DNA of 64,000 nucleotides from an uncultured delta proteobacterium (GCA_963716725.1 CAVQUB010000020.1:96001-160000), one strand, 5' to 3'. Positions 41,878 to 51,891 are shown, counted from the stretch's first letter. Program-made: numbers and translations. The notes: generated by a model from the sequence alone, not told the origin.

Positions 41878-43743
41878 TCAGGGCTGGACGCAGGCCGGGT
41901 CGTAGAGCGACACGTCGTCCAGGTTGAAACCGCCGACGTCGTAGGCCTGCGATTGGGGGATGGCGTAGCAGAAGCGGACCCGGAAGCTCGCGCTCTTGTG
42001 CGCCGTGACATCGAAGGTCTGGAGCGACCACTGGGCGTCGCCGATGCACTGGTTCCCAGAGTTCCAAACCGCAGTCCAGCTGCTGCCGCCGTTGCTGGTC
42101 ACGTCCACTCGGTTGGTCATGTACGGGCCCTGATCCGAGTGCAGATGGCGGTAATACGACAGGCTCACCGCTCCCGGCTCCGAGGTCAGGTTGATGTTGG
42201 GGCTCGTCATGCAGTAGTCGCCGTGCTGCGCGGTTCCGGTACAGGCGCCGATGGCCACGCCGGCCACGCCGTTGTCGTTGCCGGGGCTGTGATCGCTGCC
42301 TGGATCGTTGCCTCCGCAGGTCGAGCTGCCGCAGGTGCTGCTCTTGGCCGGCGCAATCTGCCACTGCTGCCCGAGGTTCCAGTTGGCGTTGTTGTCCGCA
42401 AAGCTCTCGAAGAAGCGCCGCGTCTTGGGGACATGGGACAGCCCCCCGAAGGTGTTGCACGAGTCGATGGTGCAGGCATTGGAGTCGTCGGTGGGCAGCT
42501 TCGCAAACTGGGCGCCGCTCGCCGGGTTGCAGGCCATGGTCGTGCACTGGTCGGCGTCGGTCTTGACCGCGGTAGCGACGATGGACAAGTCGTCGACGGT
42601 CCATCCGCCGATGTCGTAGACCTGCACGTTGCCGATGTCGAAACCGATGCGGACCTTGAGCTGCGCGTTCTTTTGAGCGGTGATGTCGAACGACATCGGA
42701 TACCAGCCCATGCCGCGGGGCGGCGCGTCAATCAAGAGCACCGGTGACGGCTGGCTCGCGGTGTTCCACAGCACGACCCACTGCGCACCGTCCCAGACCT
42801 CGATGCGGCTGTTCATGTAGGGCGCGTAGTCGGCATTGAGCCAGCGCCAGAAGCGCAGTTCGACGGAGGTGCCGGCGGGCGCCTTGGTTGCGTCGACCGC
42901 GGGGCTCTCCAAGTAGTAGAACCCATGCGTGGTCTTCGCGGGGAAGCCGCCGACCACCACCCCAGCCACGCCGTTGTCGCTGGTAGGGCTGTGATCCGAA
43001 GCGGGATCGTTGCCGCCAGAGATGCCGCCGCTCGACGCCACGGCCGGTTTGATTTGCCACTCGTTGCCGAGGACCCACCCGGCGGAGTTGTCGCTGAAGC
43101 CCTCCGCGAAGAGGGTCTGCTCCTTGAGGTGCGAGACACCCGTGGTCTTGTCGCAGAGATCGAGGGTGCATGCGTCGTTGTCGTTGAGATCGATCTTGGG
43201 GTTCGAGCACACGCCGCCCCCACAGACGTCATTGGTGCATGCGTCGCCGTCATTGCAGTCCGCCGCCCCATTGCAGCCGCCGCCGCTGCCGCCGGTGCCG
43301 CCCGTCACGCTGCCGCCGGTGCCGCCCGTCACGCTGCCGCCGGTGCCGCCCGTCACGCTGCCGCCGGTGCCGCCCGTCACGCTGCCGCCGGTGCCGCCCG
43401 TCACGCTGCCGCCGCTGCCGCCCGTCACGCTGCCGCCGCTGCCGCCCGTCACGCTGCCGCCGGTGCCGCCCGTCACGCTGCCGCCGGTGCCGCCCGTCAC
43501 GCTGCCGCCGCTGCCGCCCGTCACGCTGCCGCCGGTGCCGCCCGTCACGCTGCCGCCGGTGCCGCCCGTCACGCTGCCGCCGCTGCCGCCCGTCACGCTG
43601 CCGCCGCTGCCGCCGCCAGTCCCGCCCGCGCCGCCAGCCGACGACCCGCCCGACGCATTGAAACCTACGTCGTCGTCTCCGCCGCAGGCGGACAGCCCCA
43701 ACAACGCAATGACAGGACCAACCAAGATGCGGCGCGTAAACAT
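41878..43743 (-). CDS. surface lipoprotein: Gly/Thr linker, Cys-rich repeats and two related beta-sandwich domains
   Basis: SD GGAGG and ATG 43743; lipobox LSAC. CNDGDACTNDVC repeats; duplicated F-x-E-x-F-x-DN...W-x-LG-x-x-WQI...NDP...DHSP...DNGVAGV domain. Confidence 0.85.
   Translation of the reverse strand: MFTRRILVGPVIALLGLSACGGDDDVGFNASGGSSAGGAGGTGGGSGGSVTGGSGGSVTGGTGGSVTGGTGGSVTGGSGGSVTGGTGGSVTGGTGGSVTGGSGGSVTGGSGGSVTGGTGGSVTGGTGGSVTGGTGGSVTGGTGGSVTGGTGGSGGGCNGAADCNDGDACTNDVCGGGVCSNPKIDLNDNDACTLDLCDKTTGVSHLKEQTLFAEGFSDNSAGWVLGNEWQIKPAVASSGGISGGNDPASDHSPTSDNGVAGVVVGGFPAKTTHGFYYLESPAVDATKAPAGTSVELRFWRWLNADYAPYMNSRIEVWDGAQWVVLWNTASQPSPVLLIDAPPRGMGWYPMSFDITAQKNAQLKVRIGFDIGNVQVYDIGGWTVDDLSIVATAVKTDADQCTTMACNPASGAQFAKLPTDDSNACTIDSCNTFGGLSHVPKTRRFFESFADNNANWNLGQQWQIAPAKSSTCGSSTCGGNDPGSDHSPGNDNGVAGVAIGACTGTAQHGDYCMTSPNINLTSEPGAVSLSYYRHLHSDQGPYMTNRVDVTSNGGSSWTAVWNSGNQCIGDAQWSLQTFDVTAHKSASFRVRFCYAIPQSQAYDVGGFNLDDVSLYDPACVQP
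43283..43615 (-). repeat. 24-bp tandem repeat (13 units) encoding GG(T/S)GGSVT
   Basis: The unit gccgccg(g/c)tgccgcccgtcacgct repeats head-to-tail with no spacers. Confidence 0.95.
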
Positions 43744-43812
43744 GTCGCCTCCCAAGCCGATTGGTGTAGCACGGCGCAGCCGAATGCGGCACGCAGCCGC
43801 GCTCGTGCTAGC

Positions 43813-44088
43813 TTGAAGTCTGTGTGGAACTGGACGGGATTGCTCGCGGTATCGCTGATCGTCGCCTGCGCCACTGACAACACCGGGACACTCGCTCCCA
43901 CCATTGGAGGAGGCGCCGGGGGCACGAGCGCGACCGGGGGCACCGCAGGCAACAGCGGTGGGGGAACCGCCGGCAGCGGCGGATCGAGCTTCGGGGGCAG
44001 CGCCGGCAGCGACGGGAGCGCCGGCAGCGACGCCGCACTCGACGGGAGCGCCGGCAGCGACGCCGCACTCGAAGCAGCCGGCGAGTAG
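43813..44088 (+). CDS. small Gly/Ser-rich lipoprotein, possibly truncated
   Basis: LLAVSLIVAC lipobox followed by a Gly-rich linker with a perfect 30-bp duplication (44011-44070). There is no folded domain before the stop. Confidence 0.5.
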   Translation: MKSVWNWTGLLAVSLIVACATDNTGTLAPTIGGGAGGTSATGGTAGNSGGGTAGSGGSSFGGSAGSDGSAGSDAALDGSAGSDAALEAAGE

Positions 44089-44195
44089 CGGGCGGCTGCC
44101 TGCGCGAAGTCCTGACGCTGAGCGGCGTCTGAGTGTTGCTTTCGATGCCGGTCGTACTGGGGATGTCGAGCTCGGGCTGCATGCACCGAGAGTCC

Positions 44196-44500
44196 TCACC
44201 CCGGCAGTCGTTTCAGCTGCGGAGTGAATCGATCGGTGAGCCAGCGCGTCGTTCCGGGGAACCAACGCGCCACGGCGTAGCTCTTGGGGTAGATCACCCG
44301 AGGCCGCTTCTTCTTCACGGCAGCGAGCACCAACGCGGCCAGCACGTCCGAGTCGCCCGTCGGAACGTAGCGTGCCGCCGCCGTCGCCTCGAAGGCCGAG
44401 CGTCCCGCGGCCTCCATCGCGCTTCGGACCGGTCCCGGATACACGGTGACGACATGCACGTTGCTGCGGGCGACTTCTGCACGCAACCCTTCCGAGCGCT
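44196..44500 (-). pseudogene. C-terminal remnant of a short-chain dehydrogenase/reductase
   Basis: SEGLRAEVARSNVHVVTVYPGPVRS is the post-YxxxK part of an SDR. The Rossmann and catalytic part is absent and the upstream DNA belongs to another gene. Confidence 0.7.
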
Positions 44501-44503
44501 GCA

Positions 44504-44970
44504 TCAGCTGTGGCTCTCGAGCTGACCGAATCTCGCGCGCAATCGGCGGTGACGCCAGCGAAAGAGCGCGCTGACAATGCCACGTGTCAACGCCTCCGGC
44601 GCAAATCGAGGCTCTACCCGCAAACGGTCGCGGACGCGTGTCCCCCGGGAACCGCCTCGACCCAGCGCTCGTGCTCCCACACGCGCTGCAGGGTCGAGCG
44701 CGAGCGCTCGAGAAAGTGGCCGCGGCTGGCCTCGACCAGCCGAAGCTGGTGACGATCGAAAGGCAGTACGCGAAACGCGAGCAAGATCGAGGCGAAGAGT
44801 GGCTCGCCCGGCGGCGCGTCCTCGAGCGAACGCCGCCGAGCCTCGGGCGGCGCAGCCATGGCAACCCAAGGCGCCAGCTCTCGGTTCACGCCTTCCAAAG
44901 TGGACACCTCCGCCCAGACGTCGCTCTCGGGCGCGGACAGTAGAGACTCGAAATCGAGGTCGATGGTCAT
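44504..44970 (-). CDS. SRPBCC-like hypothetical protein (frameshift near 44640)
   Basis: ...GVNRELAPW...LPFDRH...WEHERWVEAVPGG joins TRVRDRLRVEPR...LFRWRHRRLRARFG in the adjacent frame. Confidence 0.65.
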
Positions 44971-44990
44971 TGAATGTCGTCCCTCTCAGA

Positions 44991-47267
44991 TCAGAAAAAC
45001 GCCTCCACTCCGATGCTCGGGATGGTGACCGGCCCGATCTCCTGGGCGCGGCACTTGCCCGTCTCGTCGCAGTTCAGGTCCACAGGCTCTTTGCTGAGAG
45101 TTGCGTTCAGCACCTCGACGACGAAGGCCCAGTAGCCGCTCTCGCCGAGGCGCCAACGCTTCTCGAGGCGCAGATCCACGCGGTAGAAATCCGGGACGCG
45201 CTTCGGGCTCTTGGATCGGACCTCGGTCGAGGTGGCCTCCTCGGCTGGAAATCCCGAGTAGTAGACCAGTCGCGATCCGGCACGCCAGCGGCGACCGAGG
45301 TCGTAGGCGAGCGCCAGGTTCAGGACGTGCGTGCGGTCGAAGGCCGCGGGGAAGTGCTCGCGACCGAAGCTTCGAGTCGAACGGCTCAGAGTGTACGCGA
45401 AGTAGCCGCCGAGGCGCTGGGTCAGCGGGCGACGCAGCATGACTTCCGCACCCACGGCCGAACCCAAGCTGCGCCGATCGAGGTCGTCATCGTCACCACC
45501 ACCGCCAAGGCGATCCGTCATGTCGAAGAAGACGTTCTGGAACAGCGTGAGCGAGCCGGTGAAGTCTTCGGGCAGATCGTACTCGACGCCTGCGCTAGAC
45601 TGGAGGCTCCGCTGCAAGCCTCCGCGCAGTCCTGCCAGCTGAAACCCCGGCACCGGCACCACGAACGAGGGCGGCTGGTGCGCGATGCCAAAGGCGTGGA
45701 TAGTGCGGAGCTTGGGCGTGATCTCGAATCGGGCCGAGATCCGCGGGTCGATTCCGAGGCGCGACGCGCCGTCCGAGGAATACAGATCGAGCCGCAGGCC
45801 GGGAGTCACGCTGATTCCCCGCGCGACCTCCAGCGCGAGCTCGCCGTGGACCCCCATCGCCAGATCGGTCCGCTCGGGAAAGAGTCGCTCGAAGTCCTCT
45901 TGGTCGTCGGCGTCCTCGGCGAAGTTCGGGGTGTGAACGTCGTAGTGGTCCAGCGCCACGTCCGCCCCGACGCGCAGCGCTACGTCCCGGCTGGGGCGAT
46001 GGCGCACCTCGCTGCGGAGCGCCAGCATCCGGTCGCGCATGTAGAAATCCTCATCACCCCCGCGCGTGAGGTCGTAGCCTGCCGTGAGCGCCATGCGTAC
46101 GTCCGTGTCGCGGGTGGCGCGCCGATCCCAGCGCAAGTCCACACGATGAAACTCGGTCCCGAGCAATGTCTCGACCCGGCCCTCTCGCTTCTCACCGAGG
46201 AAGTCGTACGCGCCAAAGGAGAAGAGCGTAACCGTGTCACGGGCGCTGACGTCGTGGCTGACGCGCAGCTGGTAGTCCCAATATTCGAGCACCGCCTCCG
46301 GTGAGAGCAGCGAGAGCAAGAGCCCCGTGTAGGAGTATCGACCGCCGGCCAGGGCCGTACCGCGTCCGCCGTCAAAGGGCGCTTCCATCAGGGCGCCGGC
46401 GTCGATCAAGCGCAGGTTCGCCTCGCCGTGCAGCTCGGGTCGAGGTGGGGTCGTTTCACCCGCGACGATGCCGCCGGCGAAGCGCCCGAAGCGCGCCGGG
46501 TAGCCGCCCGGGTACAGGTCCACACGCTCGATGATGCCGGGATGGACGACCGACGGGCCCAAGCCGACGTGGTAGAGCAGCGGGACTCGGATGCCGTCGA
46601 GAAAGTAGCCGACGTTGCCGGGCGGAGCTCCGCGCACGAAGAAGAAGGGCACGCCGCTGATGATGGGCGTGACGCCGGGCAGCGCCTCGATCGCCCGGAA
46701 TGGATCTCCGAAGCTGCCCGGCAGCTCGCGCACCTCGGCGCGGGTGAAGCTACGCACAGTCGGCGCGAGCTTGTCTCCGTGCACGACGACCTCTATCTGC
46801 TCGCTCGCCCGGGATGCCGGCGGCTTCGGCGCGCTGGCCGCCGGAGGCGTATCGGTCGGCGGCTGAGACGAAGGCGGCTCGGTGAACCGGAGCTCGAAGC
46901 GGATCCGCGAGGCGACCGCCCTTCCCCCGCGCTTGGCCGGATCGAAAGTCCAACGGTAGGCGCTTCGCGCTGCCGCTTCCGCGAACGGGGGTTCACCGCT
47001 GACCACGGTCACGTCGCGGACTGCGCCGTCGAGACCGATCACGAGTTCGAGGACGACGCGGGCGTCGCCCTTGCCCCCGACCGGGTAGGCCACGCTGGTA
47101 TCGCCCATCGCCCGCGGGCGATCGACGTCCTGTTGTGCCCGCGCCGCGGGCGCGATTGCCCACACCGCAATCGCGACTGACAACGCCCAGATCAGCCGGG
47201 CGTCGGCTGATCGCAACCGAACACGACGTCCACGTCTTTCACCTGCTGGGCCTTGAGCTTGTCGCAA
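44991..47267 (-). CDS. TonB-dependent receptor with N-terminal TonB C-terminal-like domain (start may be slightly downstream)
   Basis: Signal peptide; TonB_C-like YP...VVLELVIGLDGAV...FDPAKRGG; plug LPGSFGDPFRAIEALPGV; barrel ending IPSIGVEAFF. Confidence 0.9.
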   Translation of the reverse strand: MRQAQGPAGERRGRRVRLRSADARLIWALSVAIAVWAIAPAARAQQDVDRPRAMGDTSVAYPVGGKGDARVVLELVIGLDGAVRDVTVVSGEPPFAEAAARSAYRWTFDPAKRGGRAVASRIRFELRFTEPPSSQPPTDTPPAASAPKPPASRASEQIEVVVHGDKLAPTVRSFTRAEVRELPGSFGDPFRAIEALPGVTPIISGVPFFFVRGAPPGNVGYFLDGIRVPLLYHVGLGPSVVHPGIIERVDLYPGGYPARFGRFAGGIVAGETTPPRPELHGEANLRLIDAGALMEAPFDGGRGTALAGGRYSYTGLLLSLLSPEAVLEYWDYQLRVSHDVSARDTVTLFSFGAYDFLGEKREGRVETLLGTEFHRVDLRWDRRATRDTDVRMALTAGYDLTRGGDEDFYMRDRMLALRSEVRHRPSRDVALRVGADVALDHYDVHTPNFAEDADDQEDFERLFPERTDLAMGVHGELALEVARGISVTPGLRLDLYSSDGASRLGIDPRISARFEITPKLRTIHAFGIAHQPPSFVVPVPGFQLAGLRGGLQRSLQSSAGVEYDLPEDFTGSLTLFQNVFFDMTDRLGGGGDDDDLDRRSLGSAVGAEVMLRRPLTQRLGGYFAYTLSRSTRSFGREHFPAAFDRTHVLNLALAYDLGRRWRAGSRLVYYSGFPAEEATSTEVRSKSPKRVPDFYRVDLRLEKRWRLGESGYWAFVVEVLNATLSKEPVDLNCDETGKCRAQEIGPVTIPSIGVEAFF

Positions 47268-47655
47268 TCAGTTCCGTAGAACGTAATCTGATTGGTCGTC
47301 GAGTCGTAGTCCCTACCACTCTGATGGGTCTTGTCTCGCGGCAGCTTGGCGTTGTCGAAGAATACGAAGACTTTGCTCGGATCCTTCGGGGTCTTGTTCA
47401 GGGAGAACGAGCAGCTCGCGATGCTGCCTGCGATCTTGCTCAGGGCTGCCGAGAGGCTGGTCGCGTCGTTGGCCTGGTAGTACTTGGTCGTCGGGTCGTT
47501 GTTGGGCACGCCGCCCGCAACGGCAAACTTGTTCATCTGCACGGGATCAATGCCCGATCCGAAGCCGATGACGAAGGTCGAGACCCCGTTGGTGTTCATC
47601 TGCTTGATGATCGTCTCAGTGCCCGCATCGCCACCAGCAGCGTTGCAGCCCGCGA
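47192..47655 (-). pseudogene. C-terminal remnant of a myxobacterial vWA-domain protein
   Basis: GVSTFVIGFG...LSAALSKIAGSIASCSFSL...ITFYGTDCD...VDVVFGC. There is no signal peptide or MIDAS N-half, and similarity is lost at about 47655. Confidence 0.65.
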
Positions 47656-47710
47656 CCCTGGCTGCATCGTATCGGGAACGAAAGCGCCGCGCACGCGGGA
47701 AGTGTCGGGT

Positions 47711-48571
47711 TCATTCCAGCGTCACTGGGTCTTTGCAGCACCGGAACCCGATCTCGTAGAATCGGAAGGCGTTGCCGTGATTCACGACCGCGTTCTGGCA
47801 GGTGCGCGCCTCGGCCCAATAGCGCCCCTTGAGCGATCCCGTGAAGTCCTTGCCCGAGCCACCATCACGCCGGCGCGTCCACTCCTCGACGTTGCCGCAG
47901 AGATCGAAGACGCCGTCTGGACCCGCGCAGCCGCCGTTCGATCCGTTCGGCTCGGCTTGGTAGAGCATCTCCACGTGATCTGCCGCCACCTTGGCGGAGG
48001 CCGAGACCGCCCGAGTGGCCTCGAGTAGCTGCGCGAGTGACTCGACGTTCGGCTTCGAGACCGTCCACGGCCAACCGTTGAGCTTGCTCTGATCGTAGAG
48101 CTTCCAGGTCTCGTCGTCGTTGCAGATCCCGGCCACGTGTTGATCACCGTAGGGGTAGGTCGTGCCCGTCGGTCCTTCGCAGCTTCGAGTCCACTCGTCG
48201 TCGAAGCACAGACGTTTGCCGCGGGCCTGACACCAGGCCTCGCTCTCGTCGAAGGTGAACATCACGAGGGGGAGAGCGCCGACCTGATTGGGCGCCTCGT
48301 AGCGATCGATGCACGCGGCTTCGACCAACAGCATGTCCGCGGAGCAGGCAGCGGGCGGCTCCACGTCGGGTGCCGACTCGGGCGCGTCGATGGCGTCGGC
48401 GGCGTCCATATCGACCCCGACATCTCCGGCGTCGGTTGCTGCGCTTCCCCCAAGCCCGCCGCTACCGGGCGACGCCCCGGACTCGTCGTCGTCGCCGGAG
48501 CTGCACGACCCCAGCGCGAAGATCGCCGCCAACGTCGCCAACGCCGCTCCGAGCCTCATGTCTCGCATCAT
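47711..48571 (-). CDS. formylglycine-generating enzyme (SUMF1/FGE-sulfatase) domain lipoprotein
   Basis: Lipobox LGSC; CIDRYE, GKRLC..DEW, YPYG, FDLCGNVEEW and GFRCC. Confidence 0.88.
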   Translation of the reverse strand: MMRDMRLGAALATLAAIFALGSCSSGDDDESGASPGSGGLGGSAATDAGDVGVDMDAADAIDAPESAPDVEPPAACSADMLLVEAACIDRYEAPNQVGALPLVMFTFDESEAWCQARGKRLCFDDEWTRSCEGPTGTTYPYGDQHVAGICNDDETWKLYDQSKLNGWPWTVSKPNVESLAQLLEATRAVSASAKVAADHVEMLYQAEPNGSNGGCAGPDGVFDLCGNVEEWTRRRDGGSGKDFTGSLKGRYWAEARTCQNAVVNHGNAFRFYEIGFRCCKDPVTLE

Positions 48572-48614
48572 GGACCGACTTCGGCTCGCTCGCTCGCCGG
48601 GTTGCGCGCGGCGC

Positions 48615-49511
48615 TCAGTCCTCGGGCGGCGCCTCGGGCTCGATGGGCGACAGCGGGGAAGACGCGAGGAGTTGCGCCTCTTGGCCCCGCAGCCGACCCG
48701 TGACGCCGACCTCGACGCGCAGCGCGAGCTCCGAAGGCCTGGGGGGTAACGCCACGAGGGGCAGCGGCACCACCAGTCGTTCACCGGGTTTCAGCGCGTG
48801 CCGGCCGGAGGGCAGCTTCTTTCTGGCGATCAGGCGGGCGACGTCATCGGGGGAGAGGAAGCGCTCGTCCGCGAGGCGCCCCCCTCGCTCGAATACCACC
48901 CGCACCGTGAGCGTACCGTTGGGCGCCTTGGGCTCGAAGATGGAAAGCTCCAGAGGCTCGACCCCACGGTGTGACAGCGTCAGGTCCACGGCCACGTTCG
49001 GCCCATCGACTTGCGCGCTCGAGACGACCTTCAGGGCCGCGAGCGGACGCTGCCTCGCGGCCTCGACCAGACCGTCGAGCAGCAAACGCAGCGAGTTCGC
49101 GCCTTCGTCCTTTGCCAGGAGCGAAACCTCGGCGCGCCTCGTGCCGTGCGCCAGACGGAGGTGGCCCGAGCCGCCCGCGGTGAACCCCGGCTCATCCGAA
49201 CGATCGAGCAGCGCGAAGTCTCGGATCACGTTCTCGATCTGGCCCTGGTCACTGGGCTTCGGGCGCACAGCGAAGAAGCCGACCGGAGCGTAAGGCTCGT
49301 TGCGCCGCGCTCTGCGGAGCACGAGCCGCGCCAGGCCCTTGTCCCCGAGCGTGAACTCGAAGCTCTCGGGGGGTCGTTCGGCCTCCACTCCGTACTGGAT
49401 CGCCAGGGCCCGAGCGGGCGCGACGGTCCGCGCCGGACGACCGCCGCAACTCGTCAGCCCGATCGCCAGGGCGGCGAGAGCGAAGCGCGCTCGAAGGTGA
49501 ACTCTTCTCAC
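48615..49511 (-). CDS. hypothetical lipoprotein
   Basis: GTG 49511 overlaps the upstream stop; lipobox IGLTSC. Confidence 0.65.
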   Translation of the reverse strand: MRRVHLRARFALAALAIGLTSCGGRPARTVAPARALAIQYGVEAERPPESFEFTLGDKGLARLVLRRARRNEPYAPVGFFAVRPKPSDQGQIENVIRDFALLDRSDEPGFTAGGSGHLRLAHGTRRAEVSLLAKDEGANSLRLLLDGLVEAARQRPLAALKVVSSAQVDGPNVAVDLTLSHRGVEPLELSIFEPKAPNGTLTVRVVFERGGRLADERFLSPDDVARLIARKKLPSGRHALKPGERLVVPLPLVALPPRPSELALRVEVGVTGRLRGQEAQLLASSPLSPIEPEAPPED

Positions 49512-50587
49512 CCCGAACCCGCGCCGACACGACCGCTGACGCTGGCGCTCGCCTGAACGCTGACGTTGATGCGCACCGACGCCTGGGCGGAGGCGTGGGC
49601 CGCGGCCGCGACGCACGCGACGGCCTGCGCGCCAGCATTGCCGATGATTTTCGGCAGGCGTCCACCGACATCGACGACCACCTTCACGTCGCCCAGGACC
49701 CGCTTGCCGAGGCCGATCTCGGCCTGGAGCAGGTAGGGCAGGTTGGCCCGGAGCGTCGCCGCCAGGCGCATGGCCGCGTCCACGTTCTGCCCGACGTTGA
49801 CGTTCACCTGGCCCGGGGTGCACTGAGCCCGGAGGCTCGCCCGAGCGCTGCAGCTCGCCTGACACTCCCCCGACGCGCTCGGGCCCTGCACGTAGCCTTC
49901 GCATTTCGGCGCCTGCCACTGGCCTTGGCACTTTGCGTGGCAGGTGGCGTCGCAACTGCCGGTGCAAGTGCCGTTGCACACTCCGGTGCAGCGTCCTTGT
50001 GCGTCCACTGCACTGCACTGCCCGTTGCAAGTTCCATTGCAACGTCCTTCGCAGCGTCCTTCGCAGGTGCCCTGGCAGTAGCCGGAGAGGCGTGCGGGTT
50101 CGCACTGCGCGACTATCTGGCCAGGATCGACCTGCACGTTGCACTGCCCATCGCACTGCGCCTTGGCTTGAAAGTCCGCCTGGCACTGGGGTGGCTGGGC
50201 CTGGACCTGGATCTGAATGCCCTGCTTCAGGATCCAGTCTATCTGCGCGGCCAGGGCGCCGCACGCCGCCTGGGCGGAGGCACCCGGGTCGTCGTTCTTG
50301 GCGTTCATGGCGGTGTCCGGGATACCCAGGTCGCGGCCCATGTTCCTGCAGGCGGTCGTGGCCAGCGCTTCCATCTGGACGGACGCCTGCATCAAGTCCT
50401 TTGTCGCGGAGACGAAGGCCCTCACCTCGGCATTGGCCTTGGCGTTGGCCGAGAAGCTCATCTGCATCGGATCGCCCGATCCGAGGGCCGGGCACGCCGC
50501 TCCGCCGAGGGCGCCGAACTTGCCGTCCATGCAGCTCATCGACACGACCATCAGGAACACAGCGAAGAGCACGTGGGCGAAGCGCAT
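49508..50587 (-). CDS. Cys-rich lipoprotein with C-x-G-x repeats
   Basis: SD GGAGGT, ATG 50587 and VSMSC lipobox; CQGTCEGRCEGRCNGTCNGQC...CTGVCNGTCTGSCDATC. Confidence 0.85.
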   Translation of the reverse strand: MRFAHVLFAVFLMVVSMSCMDGKFGALGGAACPALGSGDPMQMSFSANAKANAEVRAFVSATKDLMQASVQMEALATTACRNMGRDLGIPDTAMNAKNDDPGASAQAACGALAAQIDWILKQGIQIQVQAQPPQCQADFQAKAQCDGQCNVQVDPGQIVAQCEPARLSGYCQGTCEGRCEGRCNGTCNGQCSAVDAQGRCTGVCNGTCTGSCDATCHAKCQGQWQAPKCEGYVQGPSASGECQASCSARASLRAQCTPGQVNVNVGQNVDAAMRLAATLRANLPYLLQAEIGLGKRVLGDVKVVVDVGGRLPKIIGNAGAQAVACVAAAAHASAQASVRINVSVQASASVSGRVGAGSG

Positions 50588-50677
50588 GACGACCTCCGAG
50601 CGGAGCCTTGCCGGACCGCCGCTTCGACGCAAGTCCCCTGGAGCGCAGGGCTTGCGCTACTCTGCTCCGAAGCGTCG

Positions 50678-51478
50678 ATGCCGCACCAGAAACCTTATCT
50701 CGACAGCGCACTCCCGCTCTGCTTCGCGCACCGGGGAGGCGCCGCGCTCTGGCCGGAGAACACGCTCCTGGCGCTCCGCGGCGCCGTCGAGCTCGGCGTG
50801 AGCTACCTCGAGACCGACGTTCACCTGACCCGCGACGGGCACTTGGTCGTGTTCCACGACCACCGACTCGAGCGCACCACCGACGGCTACGGCTTCATCC
50901 GCGACTTCTCCCTCAGTGAGCTGCAGGAGCTCGACGCTGGCTTTCGCTTTTCGCCCGACGGCAAGACCCGGCCGTGGCGCGGCAAGGGGCTACGCATCCC
51001 GCTCTTGTCGGAGGTATTCGAGATCGCGCCACACGTCCGGCTCAACGTCGAGATGAAGCAGAGCAAGGTGGGGTTGCCGCGGGCGCTCTGGCGCTTCATC
51101 GAAGAGCACGGAGTGCACGACCGCATCTTGGTCGCGGCGGCCGAGGCCGGACTCGCGCGGGAGTTTCGCATGTTCTCCCGGGGTCGGGTCGCCACCAGCG
51201 CGTCGGCCCTTGAGGTGATCGAGTTCTGGTCAGCGGCGCGGGTGGGGCTCGGCCGCGTCGTTCCCCTGCACTACGACGCGCTTCAGGTACCCCCGAGCTA
51301 CCACGGGCTCGAGGTCGTCACGGAACGCTTCGTGCGCACCGCGCACGCGCGCGGCCTGCAGGTCCACGTGTGGACCATCGACGAACCCGCGGAAATGCGC
51401 CGCCTCCTCGCGCTGGGCGTGGACGGTCTGATGAGCGATCGGCCCGATCGATTGCTGGAGGTGATGCAAGAGCCATGA
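50678..51478 (+). CDS. glycerophosphodiester phosphodiesterase
   Basis: AHRGG, PENTL, ETDVHLTRDG, HD, NVEMK, VHVWTID and GVDGLMSDRP. Confidence 0.93.
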   Translation: MPHQKPYLDSALPLCFAHRGGAALWPENTLLALRGAVELGVSYLETDVHLTRDGHLVVFHDHRLERTTDGYGFIRDFSLSELQELDAGFRFSPDGKTRPWRGKGLRIPLLSEVFEIAPHVRLNVEMKQSKVGLPRALWRFIEEHGVHDRILVAAAEAGLAREFRMFSRGRVATSASALEVIEFWSAARVGLGRVVPLHYDALQVPPSYHGLEVVTERFVRTAHARGLQVHVWTIDEPAEMRRLLALGVDGLMSDRPDRLLEVMQEP

Positions 51479-51873
51479 ACCCTGCCCCACCGCCGCCTCA
51501 CGCGCCGCCGCCACCGCCCACCGGACCGGTGGGTGGCTACGGACTCGCGCTACCGCCGGGCGTGAGCGCCGAGAGCGCCTATCAGAAGCCCGGCGGCGCT
51601 GGCTCCGAGCCGCTTGGGCTCGTGGGGCTGATCCTCGGCCTGCTCAGCCTGCCGCTCTACCTGTGCTGCGGTGGGCTCTCAATCGTGCTGAACCTCGTCG
51701 GGCTCGGGCTCGGGGTCGCGGCCCTCGCTCGCGGACGGAGCGCGGAGCGCCAGGGCAGTCGCGCCGTCGCGATGGCGGCCGTGATCGTCAACGGCCTGCT
51801 CCTGCTGCTGAGCGTGGTCGCGATGCTGTTCTTCTTTGGCATGATGGGCTTCGGGATCCTGAGCGGTCCCTGA
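51475..51873 (+). CDS. small membrane protein with Pro-rich N-terminus (DUF4190-like)
   Basis: ATGA overlap with the GDPD gene; Pro-rich start followed by three hydrophobic helices containing LCCGG. Confidence 0.7.
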   Translation: MNPAPPPPHAPPPPPTGPVGGYGLALPPGVSAESAYQKPGGAGSEPLGLVGLILGLLSLPLYLCCGGLSIVLNLVGLGLGVAALARGRSAERQGSRAVAMAAVIVNGLLLLLSVVAMLFFFGMMGFGILSGP

Positions 51874-51891
51874 AGCGCGCTGCGGAAGCGC

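Noticed and set aside
43283..43615. 24-bp repeats as a CRISPR array
   Set aside because: The repeats are head-to-tail with no unique spacers, lie in frame within a lipoprotein, and have no cas genes nearby.
44991..47267. TonB_C-fused TonB-dependent receptor as a novel architecture
   Set aside because: This architecture is common in myxobacteria.
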